64,000 bases of DNA from Methanocaldococcus indicus (GTDB taxonomy: Archaea > AGJL01 > Methanococci > Methanococcales > Methanocaldococcaceae): positions 1,024,001-1,088,000 of the forward strand of contig NZ_CP186926.1 in NCBI RefSeq assembly GCF_049554935.1, written 5' to 3'. A program made the position numbers and the translations under genes. Below the pieces are notes generated by a model that saw only the letters and a program-made list of their open reading frames with translations, did not search any database and was not told where the DNA came from. Shown piece after piece: positions 21,247 to 31,869 of the stretch; within the stretch, counting starts at the first letter, position 1; the number at the start of each line of letters is the position of its first letter.

Positions 21247-21290
21247 AAAAAAAGGTAGTAATCTGAATAATGAGGATTACTACCAAAAAA
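21247..21290 (-). terminator. Hairpin plus T-tract between convergent rps10 and rubrerythrin-like gene
   Basis: Perfect 10-bp stem GGTAGTAATC (21254-63)/GATTACTACC (21275-84), followed by T7 on the minus strand. Confidence 0.5.
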
Positions 21291-21368
21291 TTCTTTTTTA
21301 TTTTTGTATAATTAATTTTTAATAGATTTTCTAGTTCAAAAAAATTTAAAAAAAGAAAAAAATTTTAT

Positions 21369-21797
21369 TTATTTAAAGTATCTGTCTAATAATCCTTTTA
21401 ATATTCTTGCATGTCTTGCTTCATCTCTACTTGATTCATCAAAGTAGTCATGAGCTGGGTCTATATCTAACTCTTTTGCTTTTTTAGCAGCTTCTTTTTT
21501 CTCTTTGTTTGCCATACATTCTCCTTTTAACATCATTTCTAAGTTTTCTTTTAAGTTATCTGAAATAACTCCATTCATTTCAGCAAAGTGAGCTGCATGT
21601 TCAGCTTCTTCCATAGCTATTTTTCTTAAAGCAGCTGCAACTTCTGGTAATCCTTCTCTTTCAGCTTGTCTTGCCATAGCTAAGTACATTCCAACTTCTT
21701 TGCATTCTCCTTCAAAGTTTGCTTGAACAACTTTCTCTAATTCAGTTCCTTTTGTAACTCCTATTTTGTGCTCATTTATTAAGTCTAATTTTTCCAT
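21369..21797 (-). CDS. Rubrerythrin/ferritin-like di-iron protein (no rubredoxin domain)
   Basis: GE...Y, EEAEHA, GE, DEARH motifs. Confidence 0.88.
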   Translation of the reverse strand: MEKLDLINEHKIGVTKGTELEKVVQANFEGECKEVGMYLAMARQAEREGLPEVAAALRKIAMEEAEHAAHFAEMNGVISDNLKENLEMMLKGECMANKEKKEAAKKAKELDIDPAHDYFDESSRDEARHARILKGLLDRYFK

Positions 21798-21902
21798 TTT
21801 CTCACCTAATAATCTTTTTTTCTGTTTAATTATTTATTTAGAATTAGTATTTATAATTTACTGTCCTAATTTTGGACTAAAAACTGCTAAAATAGTTTGA
21901 AA

Positions 21903-22337
21903 TTAGTCAAAAGACATAGGAGAGTCATTAATTGTAATATTTTTTTCTTTAAACCATTCTGCATATTTTTTATCAGCTTTTTGTATGTGCATAATTAGCC
22001 AACCAATTAAAAAAGAAACAACATATCTTAAATTGACTTCATTTTCATCTATTTTTTTTAGTTCATTCTGGACAATTACTTTAACAAAGGTATCATGTAT
22101 CTTCTTATGTCTTTCATATTCAGGATAATTATATTTTTTCATTATTTCTTCTTCATGTTTAAAGTGTTTTTTAGTGTATTCTACAACTCTAATCTTTAAA
22201 AGTTCTTTAGCTTCTTCTTTTTTACCTTCTTTTAATAGTTCAAAAATTCTATTAAGTGTTTCAACTAAAAATTTATGCTCTTCATCAAAAGCTCTAATGC
22301 CACATTCAAAGTCCTCACTCCATTTTATTATTTCCAT
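21903..22337 (-). CDS. Bacteriohemerythrin-like protein
   Basis: DEEH, HFKHEE, H...H, WL..HI...D iron ligands. Confidence 0.93.
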   Translation of the reverse strand: MEIIKWSEDFECGIRAFDEEHKFLVETLNRIFELLKEGKKEEAKELLKIRVVEYTKKHFKHEEEIMKKYNYPEYERHKKIHDTFVKVIVQNELKKIDENEVNLRYVVSFLIGWLIMHIQKADKKYAEWFKEKNITINDSPMSFD

Positions 22338-22434
22338 AATTTATCACCAAAAAATAAAAATATAAAATTTAATAATTTTGAAATTATATAAAAATTTATA
22401 TTTAAATTTTGTTATAAATTAAAATAAAGAAAAA

Positions 22435-23358
22435 TTAAAATTCTTTAGCTGCTAAAACCATATTTTTAAGTTTATTAAAAGCTATATCTCTACTTAACAA
22501 TCTCATACCACAGTCAGGGTCTATAAGTATATTATCCTTTAAATTTTTGTTTAGATATTCATTGTTCTTTAAAATTTCTAATCCTTCCATAATAAGATTT
22601 TTTATATCTTCAACACTTTCAACTTTTTTAGATTTTGTATTTATACAACCAAATCCCACCTTTTTTGGGATATTATTTAGAATTTCTAAATTTTTTCTTA
22701 TTGAAGAAAATTCATGGTCTAAAATATCCACATTGAATTTAAAAAGGTCATCAGCTACTTTTGTAACATCTCCACATACATGCATAGCAATAGGTTTTTT
22801 TACACCTTTTATAGTTATATCAATAGCTTTTTTAGCAACATCTAAATCCATAATTCCTGTTGATAAAATAGGTTCATCTATCTGAATATAACTGACATGT
22901 CTCTCAATTGCTAAGAGCTCTTTATTTAAAGCAGCAGCAATATCATAAATTAAGTTTTCATCTTTATTATCAGTATAGAAATTCTCAACTCTTACAGAGC
23001 TTGCAATTGTTGAAGGTCCAGTTATGATACCTTTAATTTCTACATTTGGATTTAATTTTTTAGCTATTTTTTTTGCATAAAGAATGTCTTTTAAAGTAAT
23101 AGGCTTCATAAATTCAACTTTACTTACAACTCTTTTATCTTCAAACCCAAACATATTTTTTGTAAATATCTCTATCATATCTCCTCTAACTTGCCCATCT
23201 GAAATAATATTTATTCCAGCAGATATTTGGTCTTTAACAGCTATTTCAATAGCATATTTATATTTATCATACAATCCAAATGTCTCTAAAATCTTCTCAA
23301 AAAAAGATAATTTTTCTTTGAAAATTACTGGATAACTACCAACAACAGTAGTAATCAT
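22435..23358 (-). CDS. metE: Methionine synthase core domain (MetE C-terminal type)
   Basis: TTVVGSYP, SDGQ, QIDEP, HVC, DPDCG. Confidence 0.9.
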   Translation of the reverse strand: MITTVVGSYPVIFKEKLSFFEKILETFGLYDKYKYAIEIAVKDQISAGINIISDGQVRGDMIEIFTKNMFGFEDKRVVSKVEFMKPITLKDILYAKKIAKKLNPNVEIKGIITGPSTIASSVRVENFYTDNKDENLIYDIAAALNKELLAIERHVSYIQIDEPILSTGIMDLDVAKKAIDITIKGVKKPIAMHVCGDVTKVADDLFKFNVDILDHEFSSIRKNLEILNNIPKKVGFGCINTKSKKVESVEDIKNLIMEGLEILKNNEYLNKNLKDNILIDPDCGMRLLSRDIAFNKLKNMVLAAKEF

Positions 23359-24062
23359 TTTTCTCTCCTCATACAATTATTACATATCTTAATATACCCA
23401 GCTAAAAATTCTAAGGTTTGGTATATTTTATAATGTATATTTTTAGGAATCTTGTATATTATATATCCATAAATATAGCCAGTTATTACATCAACAATCC
23501 AATGCATTCCTACAATTAGTGTAGATATTGGGATTAATATAGCTAAGATGTAGAATAGGTATTTTATATTACTATCTTCATCTTTGTAATGGAGGGCTAT
23601 TAAAAAAGAGTATGCTGTATGCAAAGATGGTATTTCATAAGTTGGTTTAGTGAAAATCCAAAACAAATTCATATTTATTAAATTTTTAGCAACATCAACT
23701 TGGAAAGGTGACTTTACAACAGCTATACTGTATATAATTCCAGCTAATAACCATCCAATAGCTAAATCAACCAATATAGTATCACTCTTTAAAAAATCTT
23801 TCTTTATAAATAAGTAATAGCCTATCCCAAAAATAATAACAAAAGTGAAACAATATAGATATATAAATTTAAAGAACATTATTATAAAAGATGGAAGTGT
23901 TTGAAGGATATGATAAAATTTGTAGTTACATAGAGGAAACTCTAATATTAAATGTGTAAAGTCATAGGGTTTAATTATTTGAGAATACCACATAAATCCT
24001 CCCCATAGTAGATAAGCAATAGGATAAACTAACAATCTTATTTTAATTTCTTTATTTATCAT
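23355..24062 (-). CDS. PAP2/AUR1-like integral membrane phosphoesterase
   Basis: PSLHTA and GMHW..DV..G motifs, several TM segments. Confidence 0.85.
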   Translation of the reverse strand: MINKEIKIRLLVYPIAYLLWGGFMWYSQIIKPYDFTHLILEFPLCNYKFYHILQTLPSFIIMFFKFIYLYCFTFVIIFGIGYYLFIKKDFLKSDTILVDLAIGWLLAGIIYSIAVVKSPFQVDVAKNLINMNLFWIFTKPTYEIPSLHTAYSFLIALHYKDEDSNIKYLFYILAILIPISTLIVGMHWIVDVITGYIYGYIIYKIPKNIHYKIYQTLEFLAGYIKICNNCMRREK

Positions 24063-24081
24063 AAAATTCACCAGATTAAAG

Positions 24082-25497
24082 GTGGTTATTATTAAATTTT
24101 ATGAAGCAATATCTAATTTTTTAAAAGAATATAAAGTTTTTTGTTATCCAGGAGAACAGATATATAAACTTTATGAAAGCTTAGAAAATAAAATATTAGT
24201 TGGAGATGAAAGAGGAGCAGGTTTTATGGCTGAAGGTTATAGTAGGATTAACAATATAGGTTTTTGCTTAGTAACAAATGGCCCAGGAATAAGTAATTTA
24301 GCAACTCCATTGGCAAATGCATATAAAGATAACACCTCTATATTAGCAATATCTGGAAGAACTGAAAGAAAGTATATAAATAAAAACTATTTCCAAGAGA
24401 TTGAGATAAAGACAAATGCAAAGCAGTATTTTTTTGATACTCCTGATTTCAACAAGTTTTTAGATGCATATAACTACTCTCTAAGAAATAAAAAACCATC
24501 TTTATTAAATATTCCAGCAGATGTATTTGAAGAAGATTGTATATTTTTGGATGAGATGGATATTGATTATTCTCAAAATATAGATAATATTATTAATAAA
24601 ATTAATAGTATAAAAGCTGAAAAACCTCTAATCCTAATTGGTCAGGGAATATTTGGAAACCTTAGCTATGAGGAAATATTAAAAATACCAAAAATTTTAA
24701 ATAAACTTTCATTACCAATCTCTACTACCTATCCAGCAAGAGGAGTAATTGATGAATCCAAAAATATTGGTTTAGTTGGTAGGAGAGGAGATATTTCTTC
24801 ATTATTAAACTCAGATAAAATTTTAAATATAGGGTCATCATTATCCTACAATACATATCCTCCAAGTATTAGAGAAAAACTTTTAAAAAAGACAATTAAT
24901 ATTAACTTTACACCAAATAACTTAGAAGAAATAAAATACCTATTTGAAAATATTTCATTAGAGAGTTCATTAGAATATGAAAAGAAATTTTTTTCTCCAA
25001 AGGGAGATTATTCTCAAAAAATTAATGAAATTATAAAGTATGGAGATATAATAGTTACTGATGCTGGAAAACATACAGTATTCACCTCTTTATTAAAGAT
25101 TTGCAAAGAGCCAAAAACATTAATATCTTCTCATTCTTTTGGTTGTATGGGTTTTGGGTTACCTGTTGGAATAGGTGTAAAATTTGCTTTAATTGATAAA
25201 AATATTGATAAGGAAGTGTTGGTTATTTCTGGTGATGGAGGCATTTTAATGAATATTGAGGAGTTAAAGGTTATTTCTGACTACAATCTTGATATAAAAG
25301 TAGTTGTGATGAAAAACAATAAATTAGCTAATTTCACAAAAATAAAAAATCCTAATTTTATAAAAATTGCAGAAGGTTTTGGATTAGAAACAGTATATAT
25401 AGAGGATATTGAAGACATTAAAGAACTTAAATATAAAAAACAAATTTTTGCTGTTGTTGAGGTTGAAGATGAAGAACTACCTAAACCAAATTTATAA
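24082..25497 (+). CDS. Thiamine-diphosphate-dependent enzyme, acetolactate synthase large subunit-like
   Basis: DERGAGFMAEGYSR, GPG.SN, GCMGFGLP, GDGG..N. Confidence 0.85.
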   Translation: MVIIKFYEAISNFLKEYKVFCYPGEQIYKLYESLENKILVGDERGAGFMAEGYSRINNIGFCLVTNGPGISNLATPLANAYKDNTSILAISGRTERKYINKNYFQEIEIKTNAKQYFFDTPDFNKFLDAYNYSLRNKKPSLLNIPADVFEEDCIFLDEMDIDYSQNIDNIINKINSIKAEKPLILIGQGIFGNLSYEEILKIPKILNKLSLPISTTYPARGVIDESKNIGLVGRRGDISSLLNSDKILNIGSSLSYNTYPPSIREKLLKKTININFTPNNLEEIKYLFENISLESSLEYEKKFFSPKGDYSQKINEIIKYGDIIVTDAGKHTVFTSLLKICKEPKTLISSHSFGCMGFGLPVGIGVKFALIDKNIDKEVLVISGDGGILMNIEELKVISDYNLDIKVVVMKNNKLANFTKIKNPNFIKIAEGFGLETVYIEDIEDIKELKYKKQIFAVVEVEDEELPKPNL

Positions 25498-25509
25498 AGG
25501 TGAGGATAG

Positions 25510-26367
25510 ATGGATGAGTTATTTAACTTATTATCAAAAGATATACACTTTAATGTAACTAAATTAAACAATGAGAACTATAATCAAAATTGGAAAGTTC
25601 CTGAGGGATTTATATCAATAATTGGATTAGAAAATGCTAAGAAGCCAGTATTCTATTATGGATTAACAGATAGCTATAAAGAAAAAACAGGATTCAAAAA
25701 AATTAAAAGTGTAAAAGGAGAAAAACTATTATTTTTCAGAGTTTATTATGTATTTGATAGAAAAGATTTATTAGACAAAGAGAAGTATGTTGTTGCTAAT
25801 GCATTTAATGGTTTATTGTTGGCTATAAAAATTGATAAAGATGACTTTATAAATAAAGCAATAGATACACTTACAAAAGCTTATGAAGAGGATGAATTTG
25901 TTAGAGAAAGTATAGAGTATATAAAAGAGAGCCACATGTTTGACAATATTGAAGAAGCTATTAAATTTATGGCAAATAGAGATTACAATTGGCTAATTGG
26001 AAGAATTAAATACTATGCTAAAACTTTCCAATACTCTGGTGAAGGTTACTATTTATTACCTCTAAAAACTAACTTAGAGATAACAGAGGGTTTAATTGTA
26101 GATAATGATAAAGTTATAGTAGATTTAGAGAACTGTCAGCTCTTCCAACATTATATACTCTATATTGACACAAAAAATAACAAAATTATATACAACAGAG
26201 AAAGATTATGCACTAAGATACCAAAAATTTTAAATATTAAAGTTAAAGAAGATGAGTGTCCTTGGTGTGGAGCTAAGTTAAGAGTTGTAAAAACTAAAAA
26301 AGGAGAGTTTTTAGGATGCTCAAACTATCCAAAATGTTTATATAGAAGATTTCCAAAGAAATCATAA
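25510..26367 (+). CDS. Hypothetical protein with C-terminal topoisomerase-type C4 zinc finger
   Basis: CPWCG...FLGCSNYPKC. Confidence 0.8.
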   Translation: MDELFNLLSKDIHFNVTKLNNENYNQNWKVPEGFISIIGLENAKKPVFYYGLTDSYKEKTGFKKIKSVKGEKLLFFRVYYVFDRKDLLDKEKYVVANAFNGLLLAIKIDKDDFINKAIDTLTKAYEEDEFVRESIEYIKESHMFDNIEEAIKFMANRDYNWLIGRIKYYAKTFQYSGEGYYLLPLKTNLEITEGLIVDNDKVIVDLENCQLFQHYILYIDTKNNKIIYNRERLCTKIPKILNIKVKEDECPWCGAKLRVVKTKKGEFLGCSNYPKCLYRRFPKKS

Positions 26368-26389
26368 ATAACTTAAAATATTATAAATT

Positions 26390-26686
26390 TTATTTTGCTA
26401 TCTTAGAACATATATTTTCTAAGATTTTGTCCATATTTGGAAATAACTTTTTTAGTTCATTATCAAAGATATGATACTTACCATATTTTAGATGGAGTAG
26501 TTCATGAGCAATAATAAATTTTAATTCTTCTTTTGATAACTTATTAACTAAACTTTTGTTTATATAAATTATTTTATCTTTGAGAGATACAGTAGCTATT
26601 TTCCTTTTATAATGTTTAGTTTTTATTTTAACATTATATTTTATATCTAAGGTTAAACAAAGCTCTTCAACTAATTCAGAAAGCAT
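26390..26686 (-). CDS. YgjP/DUF45-like zinc metallopeptidase associated with type I R-M
   Basis: IIAHELLH...H; directly downstream of hsdR. Confidence 0.8.
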   Translation of the reverse strand: MLSELVEELCLTLDIKYNVKIKTKHYKRKIATVSLKDKIIYINKSLVNKLSKEELKFIIAHELLHLKYGKYHIFDNELKKLFPNMDKILENICSKIAK

Positions 26687-26689
26687 AAT

Positions 26690-29668
26690 TTATCCCATTA
26701 AAATAACTTTGACAACTTCATCATACAACTTATTAGAGAGTTCTTTAATTTCCCTATGAGATATATTTAGTCCTTTTTTAGCTTTCAATAAGTCAATTAA
26801 TAAAGCTTTTTTTATTTTTTCTATATCTCCTGGTAGTAAGAAATCTTTGTTTTCCAAAGATTTTAATTCCTCTTTTGTTTTACTTAATGATATATTATCA
26901 TATCCCATATCTTTGAGGTAAAGATAAATATTAAAAATAACTATCTCATGTATAGGAAGGTTTTTAACTTTATCTTCATACTCTTTAACTATTTTGTATT
27001 GGAATATTGTTTCATTTAATAGATTTTCAATATTTTCTAACTTTTTAATATATCTATCCTTAATCTCTTTTAGCTTTTTATAGATTCTTCTATAAATAGG
27101 GTCTTTTTTATCTTTTATCATATCCATAAGTGTAAATAGAAAGTCAGCAAATATTACTTCTTTTTTATAGATAGGGAGTGATTTTATATCATCAGGATTA
27201 ACTAATTTCAATGTTTCAAAATCACTAAACTCTAAATATTTTAAAAATTTCTCTTTAATATCTTTTGGGATAGTATATCTTTTAGGTTTTATTTGTTTAT
27301 TTATAGCTGAATATAAAAATCTTAAATAATCATAAATTTTGTAATATTTTATTTTATCTGGATAAGCACCAATAACTTCAAACAGCTTTATAAGGTCTCT
27401 AAGTTGATTATATATTATTAAAAATTCTTTATTTAGAACAATTTTAGTAATTATATATTTAACATCTTCATAAGATAGTTTTTCTTCTTCAATATTGTTA
27501 ATAAAGCTCTCAAAGTCCATATTTGTAATTTTCTTAAATAATTCTTTAAAATCATTAAATTTCTCTAAAAATGCTTTCCATACTAATTTAGAGTCAATAA
27601 ATAAGTTCTCTATAATGTCCTCAGAAATCTCTTTTTTAATGTATAGTTCATATTTTTCAACAGCTTTTTTATAGTTCTCTATTAATATTCCTGTTAAATC
27701 TACAATTAGTCCATAATTTTTGTTTATATCTGGCCTATTTGCTCTTGCAGATGCTTGTAGTAAAAGAGAATCTTTTAAAAACTGATGTATATACAGAACT
27801 TTTAGAATTGGAGCATCAAAACCAGTTAGTAGCTTTCTATTAACTATTAATACTTTTGGATACTCTTTATTTTTAAAGTTATCAGTCCAGAGTTTATTTA
27901 GCTTATCTATATTTAATTTATATTTTTCCTCCATTTTTTCCTTAAAATTCTTTATTTCTTCATCATCATTATGCTGATGTGTAATAACAACTTGAGAAAA
28001 TTCTTCATCAAAATATTTATCAAGATACTTCTTATATAGAATACAGGATTTTCTATCTTGGGTAATAATCATAGCTTTAAATTTGAAATTCTCTGTATCT
28101 TCTTTTATATGCTCAGCTATATATTTAACTGCTTTTTTTATTGTATTTTCACTTTTTAATACATCTGATATAGTTATTTTAATATCTTCATCTGGGTTTA
28201 AAAATAGATTTTCAATATCTACTTTTATTTTTTCCTCAGAAACATTTAAAAATATATCAAATTTTACAGGTCTCCATATTAATGGTAAAGTAAATTTTTC
28301 ATTTATAGAGTCTCTAATAAAGAATACATCTAAATAAAACTCTTCTGGAGGATAGGCAAATTCTTTAAATGTGCTATAATCAGCTTTATGAATAGGTGTT
28401 CCAGTAAATCCTATTAATATGGCATTTTTGAAAATATAGTTTCTCAATGTTGCCAATTTTCCAGATTCAGTCCTATGCACTTCATCTCTAAGTATTAATA
28501 TCTCTTTTTTATCAATCTTTAAATTTTCAAGTTCTTCTTTTAAGCTATTTTCATTAAATTTATGCATCATCAACAAATAAACTCCTTTAACAGATATATT
28601 TTTATTTTTTTCAGATTCTTTAATTTTTAAAAGAAGCTCTTTTAACTCCTTTATACTTTCTATTTTCTTGTAGCTTTCCCTAAAAGTTACATTTTTTAAG
28701 GAGAGAATAATCTCATTAAACTGCTCTTCTAATTCAATTCTATCAACAACTATAAAGACTATTGGATTTCTATTTTTGTAGATTTTGTAAAATAGCTCAG
28801 CTAAATAGATAATTTCAAATGTTTTACCACTACCTTGCCAATGCCAAATTAAACCTCTATTTTTGTTGGTTTTATTATTCAAATAGTCTGATACTCTTTT
28901 AAATGCCTTATTTACTGCAAAATATTGTATATATCTTGGAACTACTTTAGAAAGTTCTTTTTTTGAATCATGTCTATATAAAATAAAATTACATATAATA
29001 TCTAAAAGTCTCTCTCTTTTCAATAAATCAAAAATGTCCTCTTCTTTTTTTATATTTTTCCATTTATATGGCTTAGTATGTCTTTCTAATCCTTCATAAT
29101 TTGGGTATGTGGGTAGATAAAGCTTTTCATCAGCATAAGCTATTCCAATCTGTACATATTTAAATAAATCTGGAGCTTCTCTTTCATACCTATGTATTTG
29201 TTTAATTGCCTCTAAGTAACTATCTTCCTCTGTAAATTCTCTCTTAGCTTCAATAATTAAAATAGGAATACCATTAATAAAAAGTGTAAAATCTGGCTTA
29301 ATATTCCTCTTACCTTTAAATTTTAGTTCATGAGCATAGTTAAATACATTATTGTCTATGTTATTATAATCTATTAGTTTAACTGTCTTTGAAATTATCC
29401 CTTTCCTACCTTTATCAATCTCTACCAAAATCCCATTTTTTAAAAAATCTAAAACTTCTTCAGGTTTAGCATTTCTCAGTTTATCAATAGCTTTGTTTAT
29501 AAATTCTTCATCTATATTTGTATTAATATTTTTTAATTGTTTTTCTAATATAGGAATTATAATATAATCTGTAAATGCATAATCATAATAATTTTTAAGT
29601 TCTTTCCATCCTAAGCTTTCTAAATTGTTAATAATTTTATTATGTACTTTATACTCTGGAACTGGCAT
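26690..29668 (-). CDS. hsdR: Type I restriction enzyme R subunit
   Basis: PD...IEAK nuclease, WHWQGSGKT, DEVHR, FTGTP, LTGFDAP, QASARANR. Confidence 0.96.
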   Translation of the reverse strand: MPVPEYKVHNKIINNLESLGWKELKNYYDYAFTDYIIIPILEKQLKNINTNIDEEFINKAIDKLRNAKPEEVLDFLKNGILVEIDKGRKGIISKTVKLIDYNNIDNNVFNYAHELKFKGKRNIKPDFTLFINGIPILIIEAKREFTEEDSYLEAIKQIHRYEREAPDLFKYVQIGIAYADEKLYLPTYPNYEGLERHTKPYKWKNIKKEEDIFDLLKRERLLDIICNFILYRHDSKKELSKVVPRYIQYFAVNKAFKRVSDYLNNKTNKNRGLIWHWQGSGKTFEIIYLAELFYKIYKNRNPIVFIVVDRIELEEQFNEIILSLKNVTFRESYKKIESIKELKELLLKIKESEKNKNISVKGVYLLMMHKFNENSLKEELENLKIDKKEILILRDEVHRTESGKLATLRNYIFKNAILIGFTGTPIHKADYSTFKEFAYPPEEFYLDVFFIRDSINEKFTLPLIWRPVKFDIFLNVSEEKIKVDIENLFLNPDEDIKITISDVLKSENTIKKAVKYIAEHIKEDTENFKFKAMIITQDRKSCILYKKYLDKYFDEEFSQVVITHQHNDDEEIKNFKEKMEEKYKLNIDKLNKLWTDNFKNKEYPKVLIVNRKLLTGFDAPILKVLYIHQFLKDSLLLQASARANRPDINKNYGLIVDLTGILIENYKKAVEKYELYIKKEISEDIIENLFIDSKLVWKAFLEKFNDFKELFKKITNMDFESFINNIEEEKLSYEDVKYIITKIVLNKEFLIIYNQLRDLIKLFEVIGAYPDKIKYYKIYDYLRFLYSAINKQIKPKRYTIPKDIKEKFLKYLEFSDFETLKLVNPDDIKSLPIYKKEVIFADFLFTLMDMIKDKKDPIYRRIYKKLKEIKDRYIKKLENIENLLNETIFQYKIVKEYEDKVKNLPIHEIVIFNIYLYLKDMGYDNISLSKTKEELKSLENKDFLLPGDIEKIKKALLIDLLKAKKGLNISHREIKELSNKLYDEVVKVILMG

Positions 29669-29747
29669 ATTAAACACCAAAATCTGTTTATTTAATTCCA
29701 AATAATAATTTTATTAGCTTAATAGCATTAGGATTGGTTATAATTAT

Positions 29748-30042
29748 TTATTTAAACAACAGCAATTTACCAATTATTTCAGGAGCATACATTGCTAAAA
29801 TTATAATTAGAGCAATTATTATTATATCTCTTCTAACTAACTCAATCTTTTTTTCTAATTCTGTTTTAACCAATAAAACATCTTCCTTAGTAGCCAATTC
29901 ACTTCTTAGCTCATCCTTTAACTCATTTTTAATTATAATCTTTATTAAGCTCAATAATAATATCATAAATCTCCTTTGCTTCTTTTTCATCCATAACCTT
30001 TTTAAGTATTAACTTATATAACTTAGCATAAGTAACAGTCAT
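29748..30042 (-). pseudogene. Frameshifted small coiled-coil/C-terminal TM protein (ELATKEDV, DUF1640/CCDC90-like)
   Basis: GGTGA SD plus MTVTYAKLYKLILKKVMDEKEAKEIYDIIIEL, then frame change to IIIKNELKDELRSELATKEDV...; span of 295 nt is not divisible by 3. Confidence 0.7.
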
Positions 30043-30073
30043 AAAATCACCAAAATTATATAAAAAGTGTGTT

Positions 30074-30121
30074 TTAAGTTTTTACTCTAATTTTCCCAGT
30101 TAGTAGTAAATCCATAACCTT
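30074..30121 (-). pseudogene. Duplicate hsdS 3'-terminal stub
   Basis: Encodes [15 protein letters not shown], versus the hsdS end [15 protein letters not shown], with synonymous differences. Confidence 0.85.
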
Positions 30122-30188
30122 CCATAGGGCTACCGCCCTATTGGTATACCCGGGATGCACTGCCTCGCTTCGCTCAGCAGTGCCTCTT
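30122..30188. repeat. GC-rich multi-hairpin element (REP/MITE-like)
   Basis: CCATAGGGC-tacc-GCCCTATTGG hairpin, GGTATACC and CCCGGG palindromes, GCACTGC...GCAGTGC hairpin in an AT-rich background. Confidence 0.65.
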
Positions 30189-30191
30189 ATT

Positions 30192-31478
30192 TTATCTTCT
30201 TATCCTAATTTTCCCAGTTAGCAATAAATCCATTACCTTCTTTTTTGCTTTTTCTATTTGTTCTTTTTCTTTTCTTTTTATTTCTATTAAATCATCAATT
30301 GATTTTAATCTTTCAGCTATTGCTTGTTGTTCTTCTAATGGTGGGAGTGGGATTTTAAAGTTTTCAAGCATAGATTTTGATAATTCCTTAAATGTGCTTC
30401 CTCCACTTAGATTTTCAAGTAAATCTTTTTTAAACTTTAAATAATAAGCATAAAATTCAGAATTAACCAAATCATTATTTTTTGGGACTAATCCCTTACA
30501 ACCTTGATTAAATGTAGATTCAGCAGTTAAAACTGCAACATAACCAACTGGTGCTCTTGTTGATATGATAATCGAACCCTTAGGAATTAAATTTAAATTA
30601 CATTTTTCCAATGCTATTTTTGATATTTTTCTTTCACTATTTTCAATATAAATCTTTTCTTTTAATTTACTTAAATCTAATGGAGTTATCCAATTTATTT
30701 CCCCATTTTCCCAATATTCTAATTTTTTAGTTGATGGTGTTGTTCCAGTTTTTACATCAAATATCTTTTTAATCTCAACAACCTCCCAATCTTCTGGAAT
30801 CTCTCCAATCTCTGTTTTTTTAAAGTTTTTATGCTCAAAAACTCCCTTAGTAAATAATTTTTTCATCATTCCTTTTTTTGCTTTATTTAATGTCTCAATT
30901 TGCTTCTCTATTGTTTCTATTAGTTTGTCAAAGTCATTTAATACTTTGGCTATTGCTTGTTGTTCTTCTAATGGTGGGAGTGGGATTTTTATACTCTTTA
31001 AATCTCTATAGGACAGATTTGGTTGTGCCATCTGATTAGCCATATTTAATAATTCTCTAGATTTTGAAAACAGAGCATAATATATAAAAAGTTGGTCTAT
31101 TTTATTGTTTGCTACAATTTTAGCAACTCTTTGGTTTAATAATGCTGGATAGTTAAATGTATATAATCCTATTTTACCAGTGGTAGCCCCCGACAAAGCA
31201 ATGACAATATCATTAGGTTTTAAAATTATATCCTCTTTTATCTCTTTAAGCTTCTTTTCAGACAAATAAACAGTTTCCTCTTTATTGAAAATTATTTTTC
31301 CTGTTTTTTTTATATTGGATATTCTTAAAAGAGGAATGCCTTCCTTTTGGAATTCTTTACTCTTAAAAGCAAAACCCTGTATTATTTTTGCAATTTCTTC
31401 CAATCTTTTAACCTCCCAATCCCCTGGAACTCTCAACTCTTCAATCTCTTTAAAATTCTCTTCTCTGTAAAATTCCAT
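30192..31478 (-). CDS. hsdS: Type I restriction enzyme specificity subunit
   Basis: Two TRDs and repeated [14 protein letters not shown]; PEDWEV. Confidence 0.96.
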   Translation of the reverse strand: MEFYREENFKEIEELRVPGDWEVKRLEEIAKIIQGFAFKSKEFQKEGIPLLRISNIKKTGKIIFNKEETVYLSEKKLKEIKEDIILKPNDIVIALSGATTGKIGLYTFNYPALLNQRVAKIVANNKIDQLFIYYALFSKSRELLNMANQMAQPNLSYRDLKSIKIPLPPLEEQQAIAKVLNDFDKLIETIEKQIETLNKAKKGMMKKLFTKGVFEHKNFKKTEIGEIPEDWEVVEIKKIFDVKTGTTPSTKKLEYWENGEINWITPLDLSKLKEKIYIENSERKISKIALEKCNLNLIPKGSIIISTRAPVGYVAVLTAESTFNQGCKGLVPKNNDLVNSEFYAYYLKFKKDLLENLSGGSTFKELSKSMLENFKIPLPPLEEQQAIAERLKSIDDLIEIKRKEKEQIEKAKKKVMDLLLTGKIRIRR

Positions 31479-31499
31479 AATTAACCACCAAAAATTTTT

Positions 31500-31583
31500 T
31501 TTTAGAAAGAGTTTTTTTCTTCCTTTTCAATTTCTTTTAAAATATTTTTTATCTGATTTTTTAATTCTGGCATTCTTAGACAT
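31500..31583 (-). pseudogene. Remnant of a deleted second HEPN (DUF86) gene
   Basis: ATG TCT AAG overlapping the MNT stop, then [22 protein letters not shown] resembling the HEPN C-terminus IPEIKREFEKIIKDIEGENENSL. Confidence 0.5.
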
Positions 31584-31869
31584 ATTCAGCCTCTTTTAAA
31601 ATTTCATCTTTAATCATTGGATGTAAAGCATTTTTTGTAACTAAATCAACTTTTAGTCCTAAAATATCCTCTAAATAATATTTTAAATCTACAAATTCAA
31701 TTAAATCTGGAGTTTCATAAAATTCAACTAAAATATCAATATCAGAAGTTTCTTTCTGTTCCCCTCTTGCATAACTACCAAATATAGCAATAGATTTAAC
31801 TTTATACCTCTCCTTTAACTCATTTTTATGCTTTCTAAGAATTTCTTTAATCTCAGAGAGAGTTTTCAT
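31576..31869 (-). CDS. Minimal nucleotidyltransferase (MntA-like antitoxin), copy 2
   Basis: FGSYARGE...SDIDILV. Confidence 0.92.
   Translation of the reverse strand: MKTLSEIKEILRKHKNELKERYKVKSIAIFGSYARGEQKETSDIDILVEFYETPDLIEFVDLKYYLEDILGLKVDLVTKNALHPMIKDEILKEAEYV

Noticed and set aside
19165-22337. Selenocysteine recoding in redox genes
   Set aside because: No in-frame TGA in the ferredoxin, rubrerythrin-like or hemerythrin genes and no convincing SECIS
30316-30990. Identical ~40-bp repeat within hsdS as evidence of a shufflon
   Set aside because: These are the normal conserved IPLPPLEEQ regions in direct orientation; no invertase or inverted repeats nearby
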